Assembly: GCF_001194135.2 (NCBI RefSeq)
Contig: NC_069004.1
Location: 29,550,481-29,582,997 of the forward strand
Direction: 5' to 3'
Origin: Octopus bimaculoides
Taxonomy: Eukaryota
Length of the DNA stretch: 32,517 nucleotides
Below are positions 1 through 10,814 of this stretch, piece by piece. Position numbers and translations under genes: made by a program. Positions within the stretch are counted from its first letter, which is position 1. Each line of letters begins with the position of its first letter. Below the pieces are notes generated by a model. The model was given only the letters and a program-made list of their open reading frames with translations, did no database searches and had not been told where the DNA came from.

Positions 1-499
1 GATAGTAATTTAAAATACAAAACAAAACAGAAAAGCCAGAACTAAATGGCTGATATTAGTTTTATTGTACATGTAGCACTTTTCCGACACATATCTTTGC
101 ATCGAGAACATAAAATACAACTTAGTCACTGCAATCATTTATAGAAATCTCTGTTTTTTTTTAAGAGAGCCATTTCTTCTATGTGTAATATTCGATGAAC
201 AAACTGTTATGGTTTCGTGGTTACGATATCATAAGAGAACTAACCACTCTGAAAGGTGGAATAGAAAAGATAGCGCCATGGTTTTATATCTAAGCGAAAA
301 ATTCTCACTTTTACGTAAATCTTTCAAACTATTCATTACTAATTGAATCAGCTTGTAAATTCGGAACTGTCAATGGCTCTTAGCAATTTCCAAGCTATTA
401 CAATTCATTTCAACATCGGCGTTTCGTAAATAAGTATAAAACGTAACATTTTACGATCTAACGAGGCAGCTCATATGCGTGATTCGTGGCGTAGTTTTA

Positions 500-689
500 G
501 GTATAGACGTAACGGTGTGGTACGAGGTTTGCTTCTCAAAAACACATGGTTCCAGGTTCAGTTCCACTGCGAGGCACTTTCAGCAAGTGTCTTGTGCTAT
601 AGCCCCGGACCGATCAAAGTTCTTGTGAAGGATTTGGTTGACAAAAACAAAAAGAAGTCCCTCGTATTTACAAACACACACACATACAA

Positions 690-721
<32 letters not shown>

Positions 722-888
722 ACAGATATGTATTTATATGTCTGTGAGTGTATATGCTTGTGTGTCTGTGTTTGTCCCCCCAACATCGCTTGACAACTGA
801 TGGTGGTGTGTTTACGTCCCCGTAACTTAACGGTTCGGCAAAAAGAAACCGGTAGAATAAGCACTAGGCTTACAAAGGTTAAGTCCTG
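500..888 (+). mobile_element. tRNA-derived SINE, family A (octopus-type), near full length, cut by gap
   Basis: B-box-like GGTTCAGTTCC at 555-565 and CORE-like gcaagtgtct, then an internal (CA)n, then the 3' body ttgacaactgatggtggtgtgtttacgtccccgtaac...tagaataagcactaggct shared with copies at 23943, 26285 and 30455. Confidence 0.85.
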
Positions 889-1587
889 NNNNNNNNNNNN
901 NNNNNNNNNNNNNNNNNNNNNNNNNNNNNNNNNNNNNNNNNNNNNNNNNNNNNNNNNNNNNNNNNNNNNNNNNNNNNNNNNNNNNNNNNNNNNNNNNNNN
1001 NNNNNNNNNNNNNNNNNNNNNNNNNNNNNNNNNNNNNNNNNNNNNNNNNNNNNNNNNNNNNNNNNNNNNNNNNNNNNNNNNNNNNNNNNNNNNNNNNNNN
1101 NNNNNNNNNNNNNNNNNNNNNNNNNNNNNNNNNNNNNNNNNNNNNNNNNNNNNNNNNNNNNNNNNNNNNNNNNNNNNNNNNNNNNNNNNNNNNNNNNNNN
1201 NNNNNNNNNNNNNNNNNNNNNNNNNNNNNNNNNNNNNNNNNNNNNNNNNNNNNNNNNNNNNNNNNNNNNNNNNNNNNNNNNNNNNNNNNNNNNNNNNNNN
1301 NNNNNNNNNNNNNNNNNNNNNNNNNNNNNNNNNNNNNNNNNNNNNNNNNNNNNNNNNNNNNNNNNNNNNNNNNNNNNNNNNNNNNNNNNNNNNNNNNNNN
1401 NNNNNNNNNNNNNNNNNNNNNNNNNNNNNNNNNNNNNNNNNNNNNNNNNNNNNNNNNNNNNNNNNNNNNNNNNNNNNNNNNNNNNNNNNNNNNNNNNNNN
1501 NNNNNNNNNNNNNNNNNNNNNNNNNNNNNNNNNNNNNNNNNNNNNNNNNNNNNNNNNNNNNNNNNNNNNNNNNNNNNNNNNNNNNNN

Positions 1588-1623
<36 letters not shown>

Positions 1624-1699
1624 TGTATATATGTATATATATATACATATACATATCATATTTATATATTTATGTAAGTGCGTGTATGTGTGCGTGTGC

Positions 1700-1912
1700 T
1701 TACGTCTGTATTTGCTCCCTCTCATCACCGCTTCACAAGCGGTGTTGGTGTGTTTACGTCCCGGTTCATCAACAGAGAGCTATAGAATAAGTACTAGGCT
1801 TAAATAATAAGCACTTGAGTCGATTTACTTGACTAAAATCCTTCAGGGTGGTGCTCCAGCATGACCGCAGTCAAATGACTGAGACAAAAGACTAAAAGAA
1901 AGAACAAAAGAA
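1700..1912 (+). mobile_element. SINE family A, 3' half
   Basis: ggtgttggtgtgtttacgtccc...tagaataagtactaggct...ggtgctccagcatgaccgcagtcaaatgactga plus an A-rich tail; close match to 26285-26495. Confidence 0.85.
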
Positions 1913-1939
1913 TACATACAGACATACATACATAATATA

Positions 1940-2058
1940 TAGGGAAAGAGAAAAGAGGAAGCAAGAAGAAGAGAAGGAGGAAGAGAAGGAGGAAGGGGAG
2001 CAGCATCAGCAGGAGAAAAGAGGAAGAGAGAAGGGCAAAGTGAGAAGAGGAGAAGAAA
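1940..2058. repeat. Polypurine (GAAG/GAGA) low-complexity tract
   Basis: Imperfect agaaggagga/aggaagag units. Confidence 0.85.
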
Positions 2059-2587
2059 AGTGTTCACTAACACCGCCGGCATGATCCGAACGCCGCGTCT
2101 ACCGTAAACCGTATATCTGTGCTAACTTCTACATGTATACAGAGAGAGAGCGAGATAGAGACGAAGACAAAGAGGGAAAAACAGACAGCGAGCGAGAGCG
2201 AAAGAGAGATTATGTGAGTGTTGATGGGCGAAGCTCTTTTCGTATTTTCTTTGAACCAAAATAGATTTTCCTTGCTAATACTCCACACCTGCAGTTATTA
2301 GATAGTAATGTTAACACGGCAGACTAGTTTTAACCAATATCCTTAAACGTTGTTAGAGCCATTAATACTATGACAATATTTAGGAAGAGAGATATCATCA
2401 CAGTAGAAGCTATTCTTTCCGGCTGAAGTCTAGCGTTGAACAGTGAAGAACGAATATGCTTAATGTGATGAGCACGATAAGGTCAGCATTGTTGAATAAG
2501 GAATAAATCGACTAAACGATAAGGAGTCAACTGAGAATATTTTTTGAAATTATTTTAGAAATCGATTAACACAATATTAGGGGTGGA

Positions 2588-2790
2588 AAAAGCCACTGGG
2601 CTGACAGAATCGTTAATACGCCGGACAACGGTTCTGCCAACTCCCCGCATTTTAAAAGGATTATTATTAGTAGTAGATTTGTTTGTGAGTTGGACAAAAT
2701 GTCCAACGGCGTTTCTTCCGGCTTTTTCATTCTGGGTTTAAATTCCGTTGAGATCGTCTTTGCCTTTCAACGTTTCGAGATATAAGTTTG
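2588..2790 (+). mobile_element. Degenerate SINE family C head and body (two partial segments)
   Basis: gctgacagaatcgttaatacgccggac and ctgggtttaaattccgttgagatcgtctttgcctttca resemble a recalled octopus SINE (tRNA head followed by gtcgactttgcctttcatcc). Family assignment is from memory. Confidence 0.55.
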
Positions 2791-2870
2791 AATGACGAGT
2801 CAACGGAGAGGAGTTACATGATAATAATAATAATAATAATAATGATGATGATGATGATAATAATAATATA

Positions 2871-3347
2871 TTCCCTTTATTGCCCTGGGGCGATATTACA
2901 ACATCAACAGTGCCACAATGGAGGCAGGTGCTACAAGACTTGTAACAAGTTTTCCAAGCGGAGTTTCGATGAAATCTCCAAGCGTTTGCAATGCACAAGT
3001 CTCTGATACCCAAGTGGATAAAAAGTGTCAGTAGAAGGGCACATAGGAGTTATGAATTGGATGCGACTCAGACCCCTTATATGATAAGAAGTTGAAGGCC
3101 GAAACACTTTCCAAAGAAAAGCAGGGATTCTTATCCGAAGACCTTCTGCTTTTCGGCTCTCTTGAAAGTTTCTTGCCATCAATACTAGTTGAACACTTAA
3201 AATAATGTAATTGACTTATCCACTTCTCTAAAATTCTTGGGTCTGTCTCAAAATTTGGAACTAATATGAAGGATGGATAACTTATTGCAGCACCTGTCTT
3301 CCTTGCGGCACTGTTGATGTAATATCGCCCCGAGGCACTAAAGGGAA
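2871..3347. repeat. Pair of about 62-bp inverted repeats (2871-2935 and 3286-3347) around about 350 bp
   Basis: Manual alignment of the left arm to the reverse complement of the right arm gives 8 mismatches in 62 aligned nt plus a 3-nt indel. Confidence 0.9.
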
Positions 3348-3761
3348 CATTTTATTATTTTGCGATTGCAAGAACTAAAAAGGAAAACAAAAAAGAACAT
3401 GCGATAGGTCAGGTGACATTGATGGACATCTTGGATAAAGAAAAATAGAAAAGAGGTGGACAAATCGGTGGAAAAACACCTGAATTAAATGACTTGCCTT
3501 TCATCGTTCCGAGGATCCTTCCTCTAACATAGTCGGGTTTGAAACCAATAGAAGGACGGGTATCTCGTCTTTTGAGGTTGCAATATCACCCAGGGGCACT
3601 GGAGGGAAGATATTACTATTTCACGATTGCAAGAACAAAAAAAAGGAAGTAAAAAAAACATTTTGTAGGTCATGTGACGTTGTGGCACATCTTGGATAAA
3701 GAAAAATAAAAAAGAGGTGGACAGAATGGCGGGAAAACAGCCGAATTAACTGACTTGCCCA
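3320..3761 (+). repeat. Direct duplication, about 180-bp copies, 261-bp period
   Basis: The exact 22-mer acatcttggataaagaaaaata occurs at 3426 and 3687; gacttgcc occurs at 3491 and 3752. Confidence 0.9.
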
Positions 3762-4457
3762 NNNNNNNNNNNNNNNNNNNNNNNNNNNNNNNNNNNNNNN
3801 NNNNNNNNNNNNNNNNNNNNNNNNNNNNNNNNNNNNNNNNNNNNNNNNNNNNNNNNNNNNNNNNNNNNNNNNNNNNNNNNNNNNNNNNNNNNNNNNNNNN
3901 NNNNNNNNNNNNNNNNNNNNNNNNNNNNNNNNNNNNNNNNNNNNNNNNNNNNNNNNNNNNNNNNNNNNNNNNNNNNNNNNNNNNNNNNNNNNNNNNNNNN
4001 NNNNNNNNNNNNNNNNNNNNNNNNNNNNNNNNNNNNNNNNNNNNNNNNNNNNNNNNNNNNNNNNNNNNNNNNNNNNNNNNNNNNNNNNNNNNNNNNNNNN
4101 NNNNNNNNNNNNNNNNNNNNNNNNNNNNNNNNNNNNNNNNNNNNNNNNNNNNNNNNNNNNNNNNNNNNNNNNNNNNNNNNNNNNNNNNNNNNNNNNNNNN
4201 NNNNNNNNNNNNNNNNNNNNNNNNNNNNNNNNNNNNNNNNNNNNNNNNNNNNNNNNNNNNNNNNNNNNNNNNNNNNNNNNNNNNNNNNNNNNNNNNNNNN
4301 NNNNNNNNNNNNNNNNNNNNNNNNNNNNNNNNNNNNNNNNNNNNNNNNNNNNNNNNNNNNNNNNNNNNNNNNNNNNNNNNNNNNNNNNNNNNNNNNNNNN
4401 NNNNNNNNNNNNNNNNNNNNNNNNNNNNNNNNNNNNNNNNNNNNNNNNNNNNNNNNN

Positions 4458-4496
<39 letters not shown>

Positions 4497-4800
4497 AACT
4501 ACTACTACTACTGCTACTATTACTACTACTACTACTACTTTTGTTGCTGCTACAGTGTTATTGTTGTTGCTGCTGCTACTGTTGTTTCTGTTGTTACTGT
4601 TGCTGCTGTGGTCGATGTTATATCTGATGTTGGTGTTGTTGTTGTTGCTGTTACTGTTGCTGCTGCTGCTGTCGTTGTCGACGGTGCTGCTGTTATAGTT
4701 GTTGTTGTTGTTGTAGTTGTTTTTGTTGATGCTGCTTCTCTCATTGTTGTTGTTGCTTCTGTTGAACACTGTTGTTGTTTCTGTAGTCGTGGCTATCGCT
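4458..4800. repeat. Compound trinucleotide repeat (TAC)n grading to (TGT/TGC)n
   Basis: Direct inspection. Confidence 0.95.
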
Positions 4801-5299
4801 GGCTGCTAATATAATTAACTTCTCTGGATAAGACACTTCACTTTGTTGAAGCCTGCTGTCTAATTAAAACAAATTTACTGACATCTTGGAGAGAATGTTT
4901 TTGTGTGTTGTGAGAAAGTTTCATTCAGATTTGAATATTAATGGCGAAAACCTTTATTGAAGTTAACGCCGCTTCGAAAACAAAACCAATAAAGAAAGGA
5001 AAAACAAAAAATAACATGACCAAATATTAACATATTTATAGCTTCAAAATTTTAAGTTTTCATACGGAATTTAAAAATCATAATCTTATTATCGTAGCTA
5101 TTACGAAATCATATTGTTGCTTAATCCGCTTTCCGATTATAACTTGTTCTTATTCAATGAAAAATACTCTTGAGAATGGAATCAACGCTACACAACTCTC
5201 TGTACGTCAACTTATGCCATTGGTCTTCTATAAATAATTGATATATTTCAAATTTTCTTTTAGAATACCCATAAGTATCATTATTGTAGAGTAAGCTTA

Positions 5300-5419
5300 A
5301 CTGTGAGGGAAAATTACAGCCGTTACTCGCAAGCGAGTGTACGCTATCACGTACAGTGTTGTCGTTACTTAAGTGATTCTATGAACGGAAGCAGAGAAAG
5401 ATAGAAAGANNNNNNNNNN

Positions 5420-5476
<57 letters not shown>

Positions 5477-5830
5477 CGGAATTTCACCCCTTTGATTCAG
5501 CGAAACAGCTGTAAAGAAAAAATTCTACAACCTTTGCTCGCAAGCAATTATCATTTGCTATCAAGTACCATGGTTTGTCTAATTATTTTCAAGTACTTCT
5601 ATTGTTGAAAGCAGGTGAGACATACGGCTGAAACTCTCACGCTCTAACCAGCGCTGCGAAACAGCTGTAAAAGAAAACTAGAGCCGTCATCCGCAAGCGA
5701 CTATCATTTGCAGTCACGTATCATGCTTTTCTGAATTGTTTTAAGTGACTATGTATTATGTATTCGTGAGCAGAAAGCGAAAGAAAGACAATCCTCAAAC
5801 TCTTACCCTTTGACACAGCGGAACAACCAA
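5300..5830 (+). repeat. Degenerate tandem array, about 155-bp unit, about 3.3 copies
   Basis: gcgaaacagctgtaaa at 5500 and 5656; cgcaagc at 5328, 5539 and 5692; a partial fourth start ccctttgacacagcggaac at about 5806. Confidence 0.85.
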
Positions 5831-6010
5831 GAAGTGTCAGTTGGAGGGGCAGAATGGGTAAGAAAGCCGTTGACCTTCAAAGATCACATTCATCTGTGAC
5901 AAATTTTGTTTTTAATCCTGCTGGATCTTTCTTACTAACCAAGGTGAGGGTCGATCCTGAGCTTGTAGAATCGAATTCACGGCCTTACGATCGTGAGGCG
6001 AATACGACTT
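5830..6010 (-). mobile_element. SINE fragment (tRNA 3' half plus body)
   Basis: Minus strand cctcacgatcgtaaggccgtgaattcgattct matches the head of 27271-27595 (ctcacgatcatgaggttgtgagttcgatttc), followed by a caggatcgaccc...ggttagtaag body. Confidence 0.6.
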
Positions 6011-6877
6011 AAGATCAAATAAGTATATAATTGGCTTATATATAGTTGCTGCCTATAAATGATGTATATTGCTTAAATGCACTGTGTATATTTGGAATGT
6101 GCAGTTAGTGTGTCTGTGGGGGAGGCATGGGCCTTCTGCGATTTCAGGATAAACTTCTAAAATTGCTGATCGGACATTTAAGGTAGAAAATCAACGTGAC
6201 GTTTAATACCTTCAGCAGACGCCATTTTAGATATACGTATTCAATATAAGAGACGAACCCCCAAAATTTAACGCTGATGTAATAAAGTAAAAATGAGTGA
6301 AATGTCATCTGATAACTACGGTGTATTTTCCTGATTCTAAATATCTGATTATTTCTGTACTTTATCCAACAGAATCATCCAAACATAGATGAAAGATTCA
6401 CATTGTCTCTCTTCTCGATCTATTTTTCTTTTGTTTTTTCTCTCTCTCTCTCTCTTTCTCTATCCCTCCTCTTCTCTTCTCTCTCGCTTGCTCGCTCTCT
6501 CTTCTACAATTTTTAGGAAGACGAGCTTAGGGTTTGAAGTTGTTCCCACTGGATGCATAAGTGTTATTATGAAGTAGAACTACCGGATTTGAAGTCGTTC
6601 CTAGGAGATGAATAACTGTTATTATTTCATCTCAGTGAAGGATTTGTGTACTCGTTCTATCAACTATATCTGTTTAGAATCATTCATAATAGGAACTGAG
6701 TTGGACTGTGGCGAATAGTAATCAAATGTGAAAGAATATATATACATAAGCATACATGCATGAGTCGCTAATATTTATACATGTAAGCTTACGGATTCTG
6801 CTCTAACACTTTATCTTCCCTCTAACTATATATTGACCGCTCAGCAGCCACCTACATTAGGGAAGATTGCCTCCCCT

Positions 6878-7132
6878 TTCTTTATCTTTTTTATCTTTTG
6901 TTTCAGGGATTGGACTGCGGCCGTGCTGGAGCACAGCCTTCAAGAATTTTTAGTCGAATGAATCGACCGCTGTACTTCCTTTTAATTTCATTAATTTGTT
7001 TTTAAGGCTTGTACTTATTCTATCGGACTTCTTTTGCCGAACTGCTACGTTACAGGGACACAAACACGACAACTCCGGTTGTCAAGTGATTGTGGGGGAC
7101 AAACACAAACACAGACACATACACACCTATGC

Positions 7133-7209
<77 letters not shown>

Positions 7210-7229
7210 CAGGAAGAGCTTCTTTCAGT
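6878..7229 (-). mobile_element. SINE family A, 3' half plus (GATA)n plus 20-nt stub of the 5' half
   Basis: ttttgtttcag...gactgcggccgtgctggagcac...gtacttattctatcgg...ggttgtcaag is the reverse complement of the family A body. Confidence 0.85.
7133..7208. repeat. (AGAT)n microsatellite
   Basis: Pure run. Confidence 0.98.
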
Positions 7230-7327
7230 GTCGATCTATCAAATTCGACTGAAATTCTCCAAGGCGGTGCCCAAGCATGGCCGCTGTTTGACGACTGTAA
7301 CAATTAGTGAATAAAGAATAAAAGATA
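7230..7327 (+). mobile_element. SINE family A, 3' terminal fragment
   Basis: tcgact...caaggcggtgcccaagcatggccgc...gactgtaacaa plus ataaagaataaaaga tail. Confidence 0.8.
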
Positions 7328-7339
7328 ACAACAGGAGCG

Positions 7340-7880
7340 CAGGCTAATACGCTATGCTTTCGGCTACCCCCTCCCCTCAAAATTACAAGCCTTGTTGCTG
7401 TTGTTATTTTGAAGGGACTGCATGGAGACGTTAAAAGGCTATGCTATCAGCTAGCCCTTCCCCTCAAAACTGCTTGATTTGTGTGGAAATTAAAAACAAA
7501 TGTTGTTGTTTGTTATGGTTCACATTTTAAGTGATTGCAGACAGAGGTTAATACAAGACGATGTCAACTGAGATCCCGCCCCTCAAAATTGCTGGCTTTG
7601 TGCCTAAATAGGAAAACAATTGTTGTTGTTGTTATTGGTTTTGTTGTGGTTGTTGTAGTTCTTCTAGTAGCTGTTGTTGTCTTTGTTGTTGTTATTGCTA
7701 TTATTGTTGTTATTGTTGTTGTTGTTGTTATTGATATTGTTACTATTTTTTATTTTGTTATTTTGTTATTATTGTTGCTGTTGTTGTCGTAATTGCTACT
7801 GATGTTGTTGTTATTAACGTAGTTGTTATTGTTGCTGTTGTTATTGCTGTTGTTCTTATTCTTATCGTTGTTGTTATTAT
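7340..7880 (+). mobile_element. Three tandem retroposon 3'-tail fragments followed by a (TTG)n-rich tail
   Basis: cccctcaaaa at 7373, 7460 and 7579, each followed by a (gc)cttgtg-like segment and ttgttg; similar to the tail at 11278-11320. Confidence 0.6.
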
Positions 7881-9371
7881 TTCAAGTGACAGCCGGGAGT
7901 GGTTAATAGGTTATAATATCATCACAGTAAAAACCTAGTTATTTCTGTTTCTTTCTGACTATTTCTCTTTGTTTCTTGTAAAGTATTATATGAAGAGATT
8001 TTATATTTGATAGAATATAGTTACTAATTAGTTTCGAGGCTAACTAATCGAAAATCTCCTCGGTGTATCAATTGCAATGGAAGTTTTAATTGAAGCTATG
8101 TAAATCAAATGAGAATTGTTTTAGTAATGGCGGCCATTTTGACAAAGCACGTCTCTCGACATAATCGTTTTGGCTTAGAAATTGCTTTATAATTTTAATC
8201 TAAATAAATATATCAGGATTAGTGAAGGCCCTTTAGCGAGATTCCTCGTACACATGCAAAGACACACACACACACACACATATATATACATACATATATA
8301 CATACATATATATATATGTATGTATGTATGTATATATATATATATATNNNNNNNNNNNNNNNNNNNNNNNNNNNNNNNNNNNNNNNNNNNNNNNNNNNNN
8401 NNNNNNNNNNNNNNNNNNNNNNNNNNNNNNNNNNNNNNNNNNNNNNNNNNNNNNNNNNNNNNNNNNNNNNNNNNNNNNNNNNNNNNNNNNNNNNNNNNNN
8501 NNNNNNNNNNNNNNNNNNNNNNNNNNNNNNNNNNNNNNNNNNNNNNNNNNNNNNNNNNNNNNNNNNNNNNNNNNNNNNNNNNNNNNNNNNNNNNNNNNNN
8601 NNNNNNNNNNNNNNNNNNNNNNNNNNNNNNNNNNNNNNNNNNNNNNNNNNNNNNNNNNNNNNNNNNNNNNNNNNNNNNNNNNNNNNNNNNNNNNNNNNNN
8701 NNNNNNNNNNNNNNNNNNNNNNNNNNNNNNNNNNNNNNNNNNNNNNNNNNNNNNNNNNNNNNNNNNNNNNNNNNNNNNNNNNNNNNNNNNNNNNNNNNNN
8801 NNNNNNNNNNNTATATATATATATATATATGAGGCTTTGTGAAGATAGAGATTGCTCTTTCCAGGGATGTCTTACATCCTAGCTACTTCCGGTTTATCCA
8901 TATATCTTTGAATTTACTGGAACTAGTCTCATTGCGTTAGTGTTAGTGTTTAATAGACACCAGTACTATCCATATTATGGTATTCTAGTAGTCCATATAG
9001 ATGTTTCCATCTGATTCGATATATGTGAATATAAATTTAGTAGTATAGTATGAAGAAAATAGAGAGTTTGAATACAGCAAAAGTCAATTTATTTACATAA
9101 CTGTCGATTACGTAAAGCCTACGATCGTTTCGATGTCCCCTTCATTTATCATATAATTAATAATTGCATTATGAGTTCCGAAGGCAGAAATCTACATACA
9201 CACACATAGAGATTGAGAGGACGTGGGGAAGAGAGCAGGCGTGTGTTTACGTCACACTGTATATTTGTATGTCTATATATACAGAGAGAGAAAGAGAGAA
9301 AAAAATAAATAGAAAAAGAGAGGGAGAGAGAGTAGATATATATAAGAAGTTGTATATGTGTGTGTGTGTGT

Positions 9372-9715
9372 GGTCGGATGTTGAAGAAATCGCATTGTAA
9401 TACAACCAGAAGTTCTCGGTTTCGATCGAAAGGTTAGGTATTTTCGGTACGCATCATTTTGTATAACCTCCGGTTGAACCCGCTGCCACGCAATTGAAAC
9501 TGGTAGGCGAAAACCGTATAGAATCCCGTAGAGTGGATTATACCCATATTTGATATGGTATAGCTTTGTCCCACACACTGTGTCACGCTGATTCTGTGCG
9601 AGAATTACATTAAGAGCACAAACATCCGTGGAACACTCAGCCACTTGCCCGTTGATTCAGGAGCAGGTCACTATTTTCTTCATAAGGTAGTCAACAAGAA
9701 ACCACTCCGTGTAAG
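9372..9715 (+). mobile_element. SINE-like element sharing its 3' domain with 31999-32348
   Basis: tgtcacgctgattctgtgcgagaattac...ctcagccacttgc matches the reverse complement of gcaagtggctgagc...agttctcagggtgattcagcgtgac. The 5' part has B-box-like ggtttcgatc at about 9418. Confidence 0.7.
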
Positions 9716-9949
9716 GGAGTAGTTAAGACGAAAGGAGGGAATTTATTTCACACTCAAAAGATATCAGGGTATAAAGAGGAAGAAAACAATGAGATGGAAG
9801 AGTTCCAAATTCTGTCAGTTTGAGGGAAAAGTTATGATCGTAGGAAGACGTCAATGTACGTGAAATCACAACAGAATTTGGATGAAGATGCCGTGGGTTT
9901 CTAGTCAGGTGAGATGGCTAAATGTGACCTGGAAAGAAAACTCATCGGA

Positions 9950-9984
9950 GCAACAGTCCGGATACTTATTGATCAGACCACGTA
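9950..9984 (-). mobile_element. Tc1/mariner-like terminal inverted repeat with TA end (solo)
   Basis: Minus strand reads TA-CGTGGTCTGATCAATAAGTATCCGGACTGTTGC, resembling mariner TIRs of the TACGAGGxCTGxTCAAAAAGTATCCGGAC type. No partner TIR or transposase is recognisable. Confidence 0.6.
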
Positions 9985-10362
9985 CATACATAGGCATTCA
10001 AATATACATTTCAGAATTTGCATCGTATGTATGGTTCTTAGGATTTTTGATAAAATTCTTCCAATGTCTAGATTAAAATTGCGAAATAAAATCTAATAGA
10101 ATGATCCGTTAAAAGGGGCACTTTGCCAAATGTCTGACATTACCAAAATAATTCCTGTTTCATTTATACAGCTTCAATTACGACACATTAAAGAGATTAG
10201 CTCAGTTAATTAGCTCAATGTGTAATTACTGACTAAATTCTACCCGATATAAAAATGATACAAAAACCTGTTACGCCACAAGAAACTTTTAAAAACAAAT
10301 TGAAATAACGTGTTTTACATCGGTGATAACAAATGTCCATGCTTCTACAAACTGTCACACAA

Positions 10363-10560
<198 letters not shown>

Positions 10561-10814
10561 TGATAAAAAGAAAAAGGGGCTAAGTATACACGATATACAC
10601 TTAAGACGAAGGGACAGAAACATAATATANNNNNNNNNNNNNNNNNNNNNNNNNNNNNNNNNNNNNNNNNNNNNNNNNNNNNNNNNNNNNNNNNNNNNNN
10701 NNNNNNNNNNNNNNNNNNNNNNNNNNNNNNNNNNNNNNNNNNNNNNNNNNNNNNNNNNNNNNNNNNNNNNNNNNNNNNNNNNNNNNNNNNNNNNTCACTC
10801 ATCTTTCAATAAAC

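Noticed and set aside
750-1912. Apparent tandem doubling of the SINE 3' half across the first gap
   Set aside because: The two halves are clearly diverged and separated by 699 N; best read as two independent copies.
2210-2290. Minus-strand acceptor ctgcAG followed by CGVLARKIYFGSKK...stop
   Set aside because: No donor or upstream exon; too short to distinguish from chance.
8126-8141. YY1-like near-palindrome aatggcggccattttg (also cgccatttt near 6222)
   Set aside because: Short motifs without promoter context are expected by chance.
9273-9644. 123-aa minus-strand ORF with protein-like composition
   Set aside because: It is the antisense of a SINE-like repeat whose domain recurs at 32080-32190.
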